Shown here one piece after another: positions 33,397-34,389 of a DNA stretch of 34,389 nucleotides. The stretch is taken from positions 1 to 34,389 of the IMG/VR virus record IMGVR_UViG_3300017653_000213; one strand, given 5' to 3'. Below the pieces are notes generated by a model. The model saw nothing but the letters and a program-made list of their open reading frames with translations. It had not been told where the DNA came from and did not search any database. Source of the stretch: a virus (Duplodnaviria; Caudoviricetes). The stretch's first letter is position 1. Each line of letters opens with the position of its first letter. The position numbers and the translations under genes were made by a program.

Positions 33397-34389
33397 TTAA
33401 ATGTCTAAATTGTTTAGTGGTGAGTGTTTCTGATACTTTCTTCCAATTTCTCTATCCGAAAAGTCTAGATAAGCCTTCATAGTTGTATTAATGTCTGAAT
33501 GACCTAAAATTCTTGATAATGTAGCAAAATCGCCAAAATTCAATAGATAATACTTCGCAAAGTTATTTCTAAGTAAATGAGGATGAACCTCTAAATCAAC
33601 ACTTCTTCCTTTTCTTCTAACAGTTGCTTCAAAGTTTGTTACATCTAGTCTTGTCCCTCGTGTAGTTGGAAAAAGATAAGGACTATCAGAAAACCTGTCT
33701 CTATATTGCATCCAACGTTTCAATTCAATTGACATTTTGTGACCGAAATAAACATATCGCTCATGACCATTTTTAGTGTTCTTAACAAGGATACTTTTAG
33801 TTTTGAAATCAATATCCTCTGGCATAAGAGAACAACATTCAGATGCCCGACAACCAGTTTCTAGGATCAATCTGAGTTGGAGCCATGTTCTATATTCATG
33901 AAAAATTGTTAAATTGAACGAGTTGAAGAAAAGTTTCAATTCTGATTCAGTTAACAGCTTTTTCTTCTTACGCTTCGGTTTAATACGCTCAATATTTTCC
34001 ATTGGATTATCCTTAATTTCACGTTCTTTTAGTAAGAAATTGAAGAATACCTTAATATTTCGTGTGTAATTAGCTATTGTAGTGTCGCTAATTGGCTTTT
34101 TATAATCTTCTCTACGTTCTGGGTAGTTAATGTTTAAAGCCTTGTCCGAAGCTGTAACAGTGTATTTCCCTCTATCTCTCAAATACTTGATATATTGACG
34201 AATATGAGAAGGTTTAACATTTGCAGCATCATCAATATTTAATTCTTGTACTAAAAAATTTCTGAAAAGTTTTAATGTTTGATCATATGATTTCATAGTT
34301 TTTAATGACAGATGTTTCGCATCACAATACAACATAAATGAGTCAATTTGTAAATCCAGTTCTGTAATTTTAGATTCAATTGAACGCAA
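33397..34389 (-). CDS. int: Tyrosine recombinase/integrase (start at window edge, possibly 5'-partial)
   Basis: SAM-like N-domain; catalytic TGCRASE, KNG, HPHLLR, LGHS, AYL. Confidence 0.95.
   Translation of the reverse strand: MRSIESKITELDLQIDSFMLYCDAKHLSLKTMKSYDQTLKLFRNFLVQELNIDDAANVKPSHIRQYIKYLRDRGKYTVTASDKALNINYPERREDYKKPISDTTIANYTRNIKVFFNFLLKEREIKDNPMENIERIKPKRKKKKLLTESELKLFFNSFNLTIFHEYRTWLQLRLILETGCRASECCSLMPEDIDFKTKSILVKNTKNGHERYVYFGHKMSIELKRWMQYRDRFSDSPYLFPTTRGTRLDVTNFEATVRRKGRSVDLEVHPHLLRNNFAKYYLLNFGDFATLSRILGHSDINTTMKAYLDFSDREIGRKYQKHSPLNNLDI

Larger units (their letters stand above)
1..34389 (-). mobile_element. Temperate siphophage/prophage (HK97-type head, cos packaging) encoding its own RNA polymerase
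   Basis: Colinear integrase, repressor, replication, terminase, portal, protease, capsid, tail and lysis modules. att sites are not visible; both window edges fall at gene ends. Confidence 0.95.

Overview
AT-rich, almost entirely minus-strand temperate siphophage (prophage) from a spore-forming Bacillales host (inferred). Right to left: tyrosine integrase; a ~700-nt gene-free region holding a large structured RNA and a small counter-transcript; an HTH repressor and early genes; an iteron-like origin with a putative initiator; a 975-aa YonO-like single-subunit RNA polymerase; HNH and lipoprotein morons; a cos/HK97-type head module; a non-contractile tail module; lysis genes; and a pilin-like/VirD4-like ATPase module. 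The tail module has an ORF-less group I intron in the tape measure gene, a -1 frameshifted chaperone, a split Dit gene and a receptor-binding cassette bounded by recombinase-like sites. The most novel-looking signals are the integrase-linked large RNA plus antisense RNA pair, the small RNA and candidate promoter just after the RNA polymerase, the RBP cassette boundaries, and a sigma-F-type promoter driving a 21-aa peptide. All calls come from reading the sequence by eye; no searches or folding programs were run.
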